Shown piece by piece: positions 36,110 to 47,900 of a DNA stretch of 64,000 bases. The stretch's first letter is position 1; each line of letters opens with the position of its first letter. Location of the stretch: NCBI RefSeq assembly GCF_035594765.1, contig NC_085846.1:23795190-23859189 (forward strand), given 5' to 3'. The DNA is from Anolis carolinensis (Eukaryota). Under the pieces are notes generated by a model. It was not told where the DNA came from. It made no database searches and saw only the letters and a program-made list of their open reading frames with translations. A program made the translations under genes and the position numbers.

Positions 36110-36732
36110 TTATGTGTGAAAAAGATCTTGGAGTCCTCATGGACAACAAGTTAAACATGAGCCAACAATGTCATATGTCAGCTAAAAAAGCCAATGGGAT
36201 TTTGGCCTGCATAACTAGGAGTATAGTGTCTAGATCCAGAGAAAACATGCTTACTCCTCTATTCTGCCTTGGTCAGACCACACCTGGAATGCTGTGTCCA
36301 GTTCTGGGCACCGCAATTGAAGGGAGATGTTGATAGGCTGGAATGTGTCCAGAGAAAGGTGACTAAAATGATTGAGGGTCTGAAGAACAAGCCCTACGAG
36401 GAGCGGCTTAAAGAGCTGGCCATGTTTAGCCTGCAGAAGAGAAGGCAGAAGGCTGAGAGGAAACATGATAGCCAGGACACAGAACAACAGCTTCAAACTA
36501 CAGGAAAAGAGATTCCACCTGAACAGTAGGAAGAACTTCCTAACTGTGTGAGCTGTTCAGCAGTGGAACTTTCTGCCCCGGAGTGTGATGGAGGCTCCTT
36601 CTTTGGAGGCTTTTGAACAAAGGCTGGATGGCCATCTGTCGGGGATGTTTTGAATTTGATTTTCCTGCTTCTTGGCAGTGGGTTGGACTGGATGGCCCAT
36701 GAGGTCTCTTCCAATTCTATGACTCTATGATT
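36110..36732 (+). mobile_element. CR1 LINE 3' end
   Basis: EKDLGVL..KLNMSQQC and [14 protein letters not shown] remnants; terminal ttccaattctatgactctatgatt. Confidence 0.93.
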
Positions 36733-37238
36733 ACTGCATGCTAGGAAATTGTGTGATGGGCAGTCTCATAGTGATAAGGTCACATGCTGTGCCCTCTGGC
36801 AGGAAAGAGGAGGGCAGTGTATGTATGTGAGATGCCTTAGGGGTTAAGAAAGCCCTTTCTCATCAGAAGACAATGTTTTCCTGTGTTGGTTCAGCCTTTG
36901 GCCTGGCTCAGATATAATAGTCATGGTCCAATAAGCTTAGTGCGGTTTATTGGCGCAAGAACAGTGAATATGTTCTCAGGCTTCTTCCTCCTTTCCCTGA
37001 TGTGCGGTAATTGACATTTCCAGTTTGCTAAAATATAATGTCCCATTGTATCCAAACTGGGAAACTCTGGTTTAGCCTTTGATTACATATAAGGATGATA
37101 AACCAGGATGGCTTTTTGGTCAGAGATTAAACCACAGCTCAAGACTCAGTTTAATTGAAAAATACAGATGTGGTATATTGGATCAGGACAGTTGAGCCTT
37201 CATGTTTTTTCCACCAGGGTTTTTCTGTATTTTCCCAG

Positions 37239-37356
37239 GTGCCATTGCCAGCACTGAAGTGAAGCTGAAACTTCAGGAATTCCTTCTCAGCAAGTCAAAG
37301 GAACTGGCTTCAGCAGGCGGCTTGAACCATTCCCTCCCTCAGCACTCCAAATGCTG
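37239..37356 (+). CDS. HDAC5: HDAC5 coding exon D (MEF2-binding motif)
   Basis: cccag acceptor, TG|gtaggt donor, 118 bp, phase 1-2. [40 protein letters not shown]. Absent from the ORF track. Confidence 0.96.
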
Positions 37357-38270
37357 GTAGGTACTGCCATTGGCTCAAGCAAATATGGGTGGAGCTCTCC
37401 AGATATTTTCGACATTAACCAGTCCTGTAAGTAGTCAGAAATTATGAAAGTTACAGTGAAAAAGATCTGGAAGTCTCACTTGACTTGTCTGGGACAGGAT
37501 GAGGATCTAGGTAATGCTACAGATGTAATGATTGCAACTCTGAGGAAAACACTATGTTAGAAGGTCATTAATTCATATTGTTATTTAGTGTACACCTGGG
37601 CAGTGCAGAAGAGCACCAAATAATTAGTAGCTGTTCCTCTTTTGCTAAAACCAGACTTTTAAAAAAAGAAATAATCTTTTGCATGCAGCCTCAGATAATG
37701 ATAATCATTATCATTAGATGTGATACTGTTATTGAATACATTCACATTTCCCCGTATTGCTTAAAATAGAATTTTTAGCATGCCTGACTTTATTCACACT
37801 CAATTCCAGGACATATTTCTTTGCCTGTATATGTGTATTGTCACCAAAGGCACACTATTCTATTTTGGGCAATAGAGAAATGTAGGGGTGCAGGAAGTGT
37901 GAGCCACTATGTACTTCCTATTCTGTCCTCAACAGCATTACCCTGGAAGGCGCCAGTACATCCTCATTGTAAATTTTTTAACACTAACAAACAGGGAACT
38001 AAATTTCTCAAGAGAATAAGATAATTTCATTTCAGATGGCGTAGCTTAGTTCTTTCCTGGCTGTTTCATATACATCCAGGCCTCCTTTTCTCCACAAAAA
38101 GTCTGTTAATATAACTTTATGTCTTGGATTACTGTTCTACAGAGAAAAAATATTGATAGGGAAGTGAATTTAGTGCTGTGTTGGGAAACTCTGAAGCATT
38201 CAGAGGAGCACTGTGGAGGAACATAGAGATACGAAAAATAAAATGTTGATTTGTTGATTAAAACCAGCAC

Positions 38271-38526
38271 TTTGTTTTAGAGTTCATTATTTGACTCATT
38301 GGGAGGGAAGGCTAGCTCCTTGCTGTTTTTGCATGTCACACAATAAATGAACTTCAGAGCAAAGATTCATAACTTTCAAAATTACTCCCATGACAAGCAA
38401 ATGAAGAGTTTTCACCATCATGCTATGTATGGTTCGTAAACCAGGGTTCCTCTAGAATCCAATCCCTGATGATATTGAACTGAGCTGTTGAAATCAGTGG
38501 GACCAAAATGAGCAAGTTAAGTTGGG
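38271..38526. repeat. Left arm of a diverged ~260-bp inverted repeat (right arm 40260-40530)
   Basis: Colinear reverse-complement matches, e.g. ctccttgctgtttttgcatgtcacacaataaatgaact vs agttcatttttgtgacatgtgaaaacagcagggag. Confidence 0.8.
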
Positions 38527-39669
38527 TGTCAACTTGACAAAAGTACAAGCCTGAACATTTTGCAGAAATGTTTTATTGGACTAGCTTTTCACAAAAATGC
38601 TAAGAAAGCTTGTAATAAATTTAATCTGCTGTGGTTCAAAGTGTTGCAGTGTACAGTTGTAGTTTAGACATAAAGGCCTTTATCTTACAGTCTCTCCATC
38701 TCCAACATAGGATTCTACAGCAATCAAGATGACATCATCTTCTATTTGTATTTATCCTGGATTTGTTTTATGATGTCTTCCATCATTTCTTTGCTAGAAA
38801 AAAAACCCTGTTAAGGATCAAAAAGTGGAGGATTGTTATTGTGCTTTTTCATTTCTAGTGCCTTCTGTTTCTAAGCACCCCCTATTTAGTGTAGTGATTA
38901 ATATATTGGCCTGGGATTTGGAAGATCCAGGTTCTTGTCCAGGTGAACACATTAAACGTGCTGGGTTATCTTGGTCCAGTCACTCTTCCTTTGGCCTGAC
39001 CTATTTCACAAGGTTGAACTGAAGATGAAGTGGGGATGAAAAAAACCATATCAATCACCTTGAGGTCCCATTGGTTGTTTCGTTAACTAGTGACTTTTGT
39101 AATTTGTTGTGATGCCACGTAAGAATGTGTAACAATAAAATTCTAGAAGGAGAGAAGCCCAAAGAATGTTTGAAAGAGCAGTTTCTTTGTCTTCCGGGCT
39201 CAGTAAACGTGAACATGCAGGATTCTATTGTTGAATATGGGTTAACGGGATTGGAGGACATGACCCAGAAGGTGACGAGGGCCAGATAAGAATATCTTTG
39301 TGAAACAGAGGGAAGTGAGGAAGGTGGGGGTAGGGATAATGGTCCATCTGGGATCTGTTCTAAGCTGGATAAATGGATTACAGCTATAAGCACCAAGGCC
39401 CAGGAAATTCAGTGGGTAATCAAGAAGGAAGAGGCTACAGGTGGAAGAAGTCAGAGGCCAAATAGGGGTTACAAGAAGCATTGGTTAGGGACAGATGGCC
39501 ATGGTAACTGGGGAACTGGAGTCTAGAAAAGGTATTTTACTCAAATTTAAGCTTATATTTGGCAGGGCTGGATCTACACATGTACTCCCATAAATCACAA
39601 TCATTATAGTGAAGATCTAGAGAAGCCATGATTATGAAGCACAAGCAGAACAACAACAAAAACAAAAAC

Positions 39670-40200
39670 AACTTTATACCTTGCCACCACCTCCCAGAAG
39701 GACTCAGGGCAGCTTACAGAACTACATACAAGTGCCATAACACATAAAAATAGAAGTAAAATTACATCACATATTAAACAATGACAACGTCAGTTAAGAT
39801 AAAACAACACATTACAAAAAGGTCCAATTTAAAAATCAATAAAACATAGTACAAATCGCCATAAAAACGAATAATACAGCATTTCAGCCGCAGCCCAATT
39901 CAACCATTAAAGTACTAGTGACAATATTAGACTGTTTGGTCCTTAGATTAGCAGATGTCTTAATCATTTCCAAAGGCCTGCCTGAAGAGCCATGTTTTTA
40001 GCTCCTTGCAGAAACATTGTAACGTGGGGGTAAGCCTAATATCCCTGGGGAGGGAGTTCCAAACCCGGGGGGGGGGGCACTCTGAGAAGGTCCTCTCTCT
40101 CCCCCCCACAAGCCGCACTTGAAATGGAGGCGGGCCTGGGAGGAGGGCCTCCTCAGCAGATCTTAGAGCCCGCACTGGTTCATGGGAGAGATGCAGTCAC
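39670..40200 (-). mobile_element. L2 LINE 3' portion
   Basis: ORF remnant RALRSA...RTFS..PRVWNSLPRDIR...KELKTWLFRQAF plus the L2 tail stem-loop. Confidence 0.88.
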
Positions 40201-41409
40201 AAAGATAGGTAGATTTCAGTCTTTTTTTGTGGTAGATTTCAGTCTTTTGAGAAAGTTGGATTCAACCGTAGCTCACTCATTTAGGTCCCATTGATTTCAG
40301 TTGCCCAGGTCAATATGATAATAAACCAGGGTTACAGAGGAATCCTGGCTTATGAAGTACGAACAGCATGCTGATGAATGTTCTCCACTTGTCTCCAGTT
40401 GCAATGGGAGCAGTTAAATAACTATGAACTTTCAGTCGGTAGTTCATTTTTGTGACATGTGAAAACAGCAGGGAGCCAGATTTCTGGCTTGTTTCCCTCT
40501 CAACATGCCAGAGAATTAATTCTAAAACAAACCCTGGATTATTTCTCTGTCTCGTCAGGCAGTGGTAAGCCAGAAAGCTGGGTCCTGCTGGGTTTGCACT
40601 TTATACTAAAGCAGACCAAGAATGTAGTCTGTGCTCTCCTGCTGCAAGTGGAAAGGATTACAGTGTATACCCCCAGATCTTGAATTTTTGTGGTATTAAG
40701 CACTGCCAATATGTCTAACCTAAGTATGGCTAGCTCCAAATTTTGCCCAGAGTCTCCAATGGTAGGAAGTGCTAATAATATCATAGAAAATATACTGTGT
40801 ATGTATGTTTAGGGGAGTTGTCTTTTATCAGAGACAGCAAACAGGATTTTAAGATTTGCATTGCGGATAGAGCAAGAAAGTATTTGCAGAGCTATGATAT
40901 AAATTTGTGTCCTCCTTATTAAGTTTTGTTTTGTTTTTTACCACCGAGAAGCTCTATCTGTTAACTGTATTGCACTTTTAAAAAAGTGAAATGTAGTAAG
41001 TTATAACTTGATTGAGGGTAGGAACAGGAGCCGGGCAGTATTTTAGAAACATTCTATGTGTATGTGCTCACATTGGTCTAAGCAAAGGGGAACACACATG
41101 CAGGGGCTAAGGGCCATTTCCTCTTCTGCACTTCTTCATAGTCCACAACCCACTATATTCACCGAACAAACAGTGACTTCCACTATGTATTAATGCTTTC
41201 CACTTTACTGGGATGAGCAAAACAATAATTAAATGGAATGTTCACCTCCACTGGAAGTGTTCTTATTTTCCCCTCAACTTTTAAAAGGGGGTATTGCAGG
41301 GGTCATGGGTTAACAAAAAAAAAAAAAACCATTGTGTCCACAGCATTCCGAACCCTGCTTTCCATCTTGATAATGTGGTCTTTTTCTTCTGTTCTTCTTG
41401 TTTCCACAG

Positions 41410-41540
41410 GGGGGCTCACCATACCTCATTGGACCAGAGTTCCCCTCCCCAGACAGGAAGCCCGGGAACACCACCCTCTTGCAAACTACCTTTACTCGGC
41501 ACTTATGATAGCAGAGATGATTTTCCACTCCGGAAAACAG
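41410..41540 (+). CDS. HDAC5: HDAC5 coding exon E
   Basis: cacag acceptor, G|gtaagc donor, 131 bp, phase 2-1. GAHHTSLDQSSPPQTGSPGTPPSCKLPLLGTYDSRDDFPLRKT. Confidence 0.96.
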
Positions 41541-41659
41541 GTAAGCAAACACACACTAATGCTGGGGAAAACAATAAAAACAGGGAGAAATTGATGGATC
41601 ATGATAAAAAAAATTCAACCCTTTATAGGAAGGAGCCTTCTGGCTTTCAAGTACAACAT

Positions 41660-41951
41660 AAATGGGCCGGCAGAATGTTGGATAAGCGAACATGTTGGAT
41701 AATGAGAGATTAAGAAAAAGCCTATTAAACATCAAAATAGGTTATGATTTTACAAATTAAGCATCAAAACATCATGTTATACAACAAATTCAACAGAAAA
41801 AGTAGTTCATTAACATTAATGCTATGTAGTAATTACTGTATTTATGAGTTTAGCTTCAAAATATCACAATGCATTGAAAACTGACTACAAAAATGTGTTG
41901 GATAATCCAGAACGTTGGATAAGTGAGTGTTGGGTAAGTGAGACTCTACTG
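41660..41951. mobile_element. Tc1/mariner MITE, one end truncated
   Basis: Same family as 20344; ends aagtgagactctactg-ta. Confidence 0.88.
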
Positions 41952-42171
41952 TATGTTGATTTGAAAAATCCACTTCTCTGTGTGTGTGTGCATTTGAGAG
42001 AGTGAGAGAGAGAGAGAGATATCTGAATTGAAGAGTCATGTATATGACAAAGAAATACTCAATTAACCTTAGATTATATAATATGGACAACTAAGATTTT
42101 GAACCCAGGACAACCCAGTGAACTGCACTGCAGGTAAGGAGCCTCTTTGATGGCTTCCATGAATTAGGTAA

Positions 42172-42545
42172 GGGGCTGGGCTGTGGCGCAGGCTGGTGAG
42201 CAGCCTGCTGCAATAAATCACTCTGACCGTGAGGTCATGAGTTCGAGGCCAGCCCGTGGCGGGGTGAGCACCCGTCAATTAAAAAAAAAAGCCCCTGCTC
42301 GTTGATGACCTAGCAACCCGAAAGATAGTTGCATCTATCAAGTAGGAAATAAGGTACCACTTATAAAGTGGGGAGGCAAATTTAACTAATTTATGACGTT
42401 GGAATGAGGAAGTGCCGTCACAGTGGATGAAGAAACAGCTGCTCCCCCCTGTGGTCAGAATCGAACATCCCCTCAAGAGAAGGTTAAATTGCCTCTGTGT
42501 CTGTCTCTGTCTCGGTTCTATGTGTATATGGGCATTGAATGTTTG

Positions 42546-42600
<55 letters not shown>

Positions 42601-42652
42601 GTGATCCGCCCTAAGTCCCCTTTGGGGTGAAAAGGGCGGAATATAAATATTG

Positions 42653-42682
<30 letters not shown>
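42172..42682 (+). mobile_element. Young tRNA-derived SINE with L2-type tail and internal (TA)n
   Basis: A/B boxes tgtggcgcagg / gttcgaggcc, CpG-rich, (TA)n at 42549-42598, tail tgtgatccgccct...gggcggaatataaat(AAAT)n. Confidence 0.82.
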
Positions 42683-42683
<1 letters not shown>

Positions 42684-43304
42684 AGGCCAGGGTAAAAGGT
42701 ATTTGATCCTAAGCTCAAAGACACAATATGTGTAGGTGTGAAGCTGTGGGCTATTTAAGGTCAGTCAGCTTCAGCTACAACCCATCCTTCCACCTTCAGT
42801 TCAGTGTGAGCTTTGCTGGTCACTTTGGAGCCAGACAGGAATTTATTCTCATTTACAGTTTCCTTCCCCTCCCCATCCCATACTGTATCTGGGGAACTGA
42901 TTGGCTAAAGGAGTGTCTGTAAAACAGTTGTCTCTGACAGGTGTTGGGTGAGGGGCGAATATAAGAATTCGATGTACACTTTGGCAGACTTTTGGTGAAG
43001 AATAGGCCTCTGGAACTTTAAGTCTGTAGGTCCTGTGATCCAGGGGATTGTGAAAGAGCCTGCCTCTGGGGTAACCTGGAGAGTTTATTCTCTCTTAAAA
43101 AGTTCTTTAACTTGGGAGGGAGTGCTCTATGTTTGACTTCCAATAAACAACTAGTGGAGGTGAGCAACCCATAGTATTGGAATGCCCTTGGGGTCAGGTG
43201 TTTCACCCAAGGGAGGCTGAGCAGATGGTCACAGATTGATACCTGGCCTCAAGTAGACCTTACCAGGTTTCTCCCCCCTCTTGCTTACTCTCATACATAA
43301 CTTG

Positions 43305-43408
43305 GGCCCCTTTTACACTGCCATATAATCTAGATTATCAAAGCATATGCCATAAAATCCAGTTCAAAGCAGATAATCTGGATTTTATATGGCAGTGTAG
43401 AAAGAGCT
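43305..43408. mobile_element. Harbinger-like MITE
   Basis: tacactgccatata / tatatggcagtgta arms as at 27818. Confidence 0.7.
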
Positions 43409-44600
43409 TTCAATTAAACAGGTTCCAGGGCAAATAAATTGGCCCTTGTTTAATATCTCTGTTGCAGAAAAAAATCCTGATAGAAATTAATTATAATAAA
43501 CCTAAACTTACATTTGACGTCGGTTTTTCCTAGAGTACTACTTCAGCTAGGACTTGCAAGACCTACTGTGCTGATATTCTTTACAAACAACCTATTTTTA
43601 GATGCCATCAGAGCTCTCTTGCAAGAATGCAACTGTTTGCGTGCTAATTATATAACAGCTCAACTAGCCTTTGCAAGAGCTTCTCTGTAGACAAACTGTA
43701 AGAAAAGCAACAACCCAGCTGCTATGTGAAAGCAAACCTCCTTAGTTATTATTTCTCCATCTAATCTAGTGTTGTCTAATTCAACTGGCAGCTGGTCTCT
43801 GGGGGCTGATGAGAGACAGCTTTGTCATCACCTGTCAGTCTTTTCAAAATGGAGATACCAAATATTAAATTAGGACTTTATACATGTATAATGTGGGGGC
43901 TATTAATGAGCTGTAGGTCTGCCATGAATTGATGTGAGACTATAATTCTCATCACTCCTTACCACTGATAGTGTTGATGGGGCTTATCTGAATTGGAGCC
44001 ATCAACATTTGGAGAGCTCTAAATTCCCCATTCTTAGACTAAAGCAGCTCTTCTCAAAGTGGTGCTCTGCGGGCCACTGCTCATCTGTGAGACATTGGCT
44101 ACTGGTCTGTGATGAGTTTACAGTAATGACAGGAATAGTTGTTACCAATGGACTCAAATTAAAGTGTTTAAAAAGTTATATTTTCAACTTTTGCCCAACA
44201 AAGCTGGACAGGCATATGTGTGAATGAATGGTTCCATTAGGGTCCCCTGACATGCATAGATTTCCCATGTGCAGAGCCTGTCATGTTCTCACACATTTTT
44301 AGATTTATTTGGGAAGCATCTCTAACCACATACCGTAATTCCCTATGCATGGTGGAGTCCATTTGAGTTGGTATTACCTGTCTGCTTTTGTGGATTACCA
44401 TTAAACTTGCCATCGGTGAATAATCTATGCAGTATCATTAAGATTCCTGTTTTCAGCTGCTCTTCTTCAAGTGGGAAGATAACTGACTTCTGCAAGTGGA
44501 AACACAGTTCCTTCCCCAGACATCTCACTGCCTTATCTAAACCACTGTGCCAGCAGTCTTACTATTCTGTCCCTCTTATCTTGTTTCTCTTCTCTTCCAG

Positions 44601-44732
44601 CCTCGGAACCCAACCTAAAAGTGCGTTCACGATTAAAACAGAAGGTTGCTGAGCGAAGGAGCAGCCCACTGCTGCGGAGGAAAGATGGGACCGTCATCAG
44701 CACCTTCAAAAAACGAGCAATCGAAATCACAG
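44601..44732 (+). CDS. HDAC5: HDAC5 coding exon F (14-3-3 site equivalent to S259, NLS)
   Basis: ttccag acceptor, G|gtgaga donor, 132 bp, phase 1-1. [44 protein letters not shown]. Confidence 0.97.
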
Positions 44733-44924
44733 GTGAGAAAAACGAGGAGTCCAACTTGGGGGAGATTGGTAGGAAGCATTTGTCTATGGGATTTTGGTAA
44801 ACAGGGAATGTATTAAATGCCCCCATTGCCTTCAAGGTCCAAACCATCCTTGTGTTTTCATGATATCAGAAAATTGGAAATTGGAGGGATTTGTTGAGCT
44901 AGTGCCAGTTTGATCCTCAGAAAC

Positions 44925-45120
44925 ATAGTGGCTGGAGTGCTGGACTAGGATTTGGGTGACCAAGTTTGAATTCCTTCTCAGCAATGGAAATGTGATGAAT
45001 TACTTTCATCCCACTCTCCTAGCCTTAAATTAGGCAATGGGAAACCTTCTCCGAAAAAATCTTGCCAAATGAATCCTGTGAAAAGGTTGTAATACGTTAG
45101 AGTTACCTTGAAAACATATA
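44925..45120 (+). mobile_element. Degenerate tRNA-derived SINE (RTE-type tail family)
   Basis: tagtggctggagtgctggactagg...aggcaatgggaaacct...aaatcttgccaa. Confidence 0.6.
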
Positions 45121-45558
45121 AGAAACATTTCCTTAGAAGATGGATTATTTCAGACCTGTCCATATCTAGTAGTACATTATTCTCCTCTAACAAAGGCTTA
45201 AAGTGTACTTTTTGTGGATGTAAGACAAATAACTTGTCCCTTGTTCTAAAAGAATACTTTGGTCTAGCATTATGCTCCCTGAGCTTTCAGTGTGAAATGA
45301 GACATCATGGTGGTGGAGGAGAAACCTGGGGTTAAAATTCCAACAAGTGTACTGTGGGAGCTGTGGAGTACAAAGGGGCTGTGCAGAGTGGTTTATGTGG
45401 GAGCTATGTATTACGGTGGGACTGAAAGTGAGAAGATTGGTGTCAAAGAAGAAATATGAAAAACTCCTTGAAATTGTATCTTGGTTAACAGATGGCAGTT
45501 AACAGATTAACATCATCACTTATGGGAATGTATTGTACAGAGTCCCCCCCTGCCCTGC

Positions 45559-45560
<2 letters not shown>

Positions 45561-45610
<50 letters not shown>
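45561..45610. repeat. (CA)n microsatellite
   Basis: Direct reading. Confidence 0.95.
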
Positions 45611-45611
<1 letters not shown>

Positions 45612-47787
45612 CCCTTTTTGCATTCTGAGGAGGAGCCCATTTCACTTATATGCTGTGCAGAATTCTCTGTGATTTCTGAATTTAAGAAGCTATTGTCAAA
45701 CTAGGCTTAATCTTGGCTTGTTTTGAATAATGATAATTCTTAGATAATAAGGAGTTTAATTGCTTTAAAGTCTAATAATTATAAATGTAAAACAAAGTTT
45801 GAATAATATTTTGAGAGAAATCTTTTGTGTTGTTGGTATGTAACCATCAAGACATACAATATCTATTTATAGATTCCTAAAACTCATTGTAATCTGAGGG
45901 GAGGGAGTAAAGAGCAGATTAAAACAGCAAATAAATGTCTAAATAAAGCACGCAGCCAAGTGTTTTGCCCTCCAGTCCCTTCAAATGTGCTACTGATAAA
46001 TTAAGAAATTAATCTAGACAGTTGTAATCTGTATGATGGCCATTTTATTTGGAATGTGTTGGGGCAGAGATGACCAGATATATAATCCAGAAACATCTGC
46101 TGCTTCTGAAGGGGTTTTTATTTTAGTTGGCAAAAGGGAATAGCAGCAGGCTGGCAATCTGCTGTTACATAAGCACATGAGCTTTCTGTGGTTTGAGGCT
46201 CCTTCTTGGGGACTACAATTTTATATGTACTCGATTTAAAATAATTATTTGTAGATGATGTAAACACAGAAGGATTGAAGGAAAAAAAACAAGTTTTAAA
46301 TATGTTTGCTGCTCAAAATGTGGACTTAAAGTAAAGCTTCAGAACAAATTTGAGGGATTTGTCAAAAACACACAAACCTACAGTTGTTGTGTGAAGAGAG
46401 CCATGGTCTCTGATTCTTCCCCTTCTCTGTCCTCCAGATTTTTGAAAGAGCAAAGTGTAAATTTTGTAATTTAAATATAACAGTCTGTCTTCATGGTACT
46501 TGCTGGTGAAGGTAAAATTTGCAGCTCTTGGAAAGCTCATCAGAGATTCTTGGGAAAAGTCAATAAAGCATAGTGATTGGAGTTTGAAGACAATCTTGGG
46601 AGTTCTGCTCTGCAATGGTCTGTGAAAGTCAGTAGGTGGTCTTGGGTCAGTTACGTTCTCTTGGCCCAACCTAGCCTCCAGGTTCTTGTAAGGTTAAATG
46701 GGAGGAAGTGCAAGAGCATTACCTTGAGCTCATTGGAAGAAAGGTGGGATAAGAAATACTTTGGCTTCCCATGTGTTATTAGGTTATTATCCCTGACTTT
46801 GGGCCATGATGCCTGAGGCTAATGGAAAATCTAGTCCAGTAACATTTGGATTCACAACAATATTTGATTGCTGCAACCCTTTTGTACATGGCCCAGAATC
46901 TGGCAGAGTAAAAGGGACTGTAAAATGTTTCAAATCAGTAAAAATGAGAAATGATCATACTGGAAAATACCTTGCCTACCTTGTGCCTCCACTAGTAAAT
47001 ACTGTGCTTTTGTGCTGATTGCACTCAACATAAACAGAGTTCTTTCAGAATTCCAGAAAGATTCAGAATCATTTGCAACATCATTCAGGGGTACCTTGGT
47101 AGAAATGTAGATGTCATATGATCAGGAAAAATCCTTCTATCAGGAAAAAGAAGGGGGACATACTGTGCAAGGATTTCTCCTGCCTCTTCTTTTCTTGCTG
47201 TTGGCTTTGGTTTCTTAACACAGATTTTCACTTGGGTTTTTTCTACAGTACCAGACCTGGAATTTTTGTACAAAACATTGTATACACAAAATCTAGTCCT
47301 GTTTGCCAATTCCCAGGTTTCTTGCCTAATTTGGGGAGAAATAGCATTTTTCTCATTACTGTTTTTAAACCACTGGGAGTTGGGAAGCCATGGTGATTTA
47401 CTAAAAATCAACTATGAGAAGATCACAATCTACCTTCTGTCTATCCCTGACTTGACATAAGCTATTCCCCCACTTCCTGCAGATGACACAAGATGTGGAT
47501 GACATAGGTGGCATTGATCAAAGTTTTAAAGGAACAGTGAGGCTGAGGTGGGCAAATTTAAAGGAAGGACAAACACATAGCTTCTCTCTGGTTTTTCATA
47601 TTGTAGCATTCCATAAATGAATCCCCTTCCATGAGGACTTTAAGTTTGATTCTGCTTCAGATTGGAAGCTGAAATTCTTAACAACCTAAAATTTCATGCC
47701 AATACTGTGTATTGTTTTGAGTATATGGACTAGCCTGAGGGTAATTTCTCTCTCTCTTTTTTATTTTACTCCACCGCCCTTTTGCAG

Positions 47788-47900
47788 TGTCTTCAATGTG
47801 CAACAGTGCCCCGGGGTCTGGCCCCAGCTCCCCAAACAGCTCCAACAGTGCTATCACAGAAAATGGGCTCACAGGCTCAGTGCCTAATATCCATACTGAG
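47788..47900 (+). CDS. HDAC5: HDAC5 coding exon G
   Basis: ttgcag acceptor, GAG|gtaagg donor, 113 bp, phase 1-0. VSSMCNSAPGSGPSSPNSSNSAITENGLTGSVPNIHTE. Confidence 0.96.

Noticed and set aside
30065-36732. The two CR1 pieces as one element split around exons B and C
   Set aside because: They overlap by about 140 bp of the same ORF2 region and differ in sequence, so they are independent insertions.
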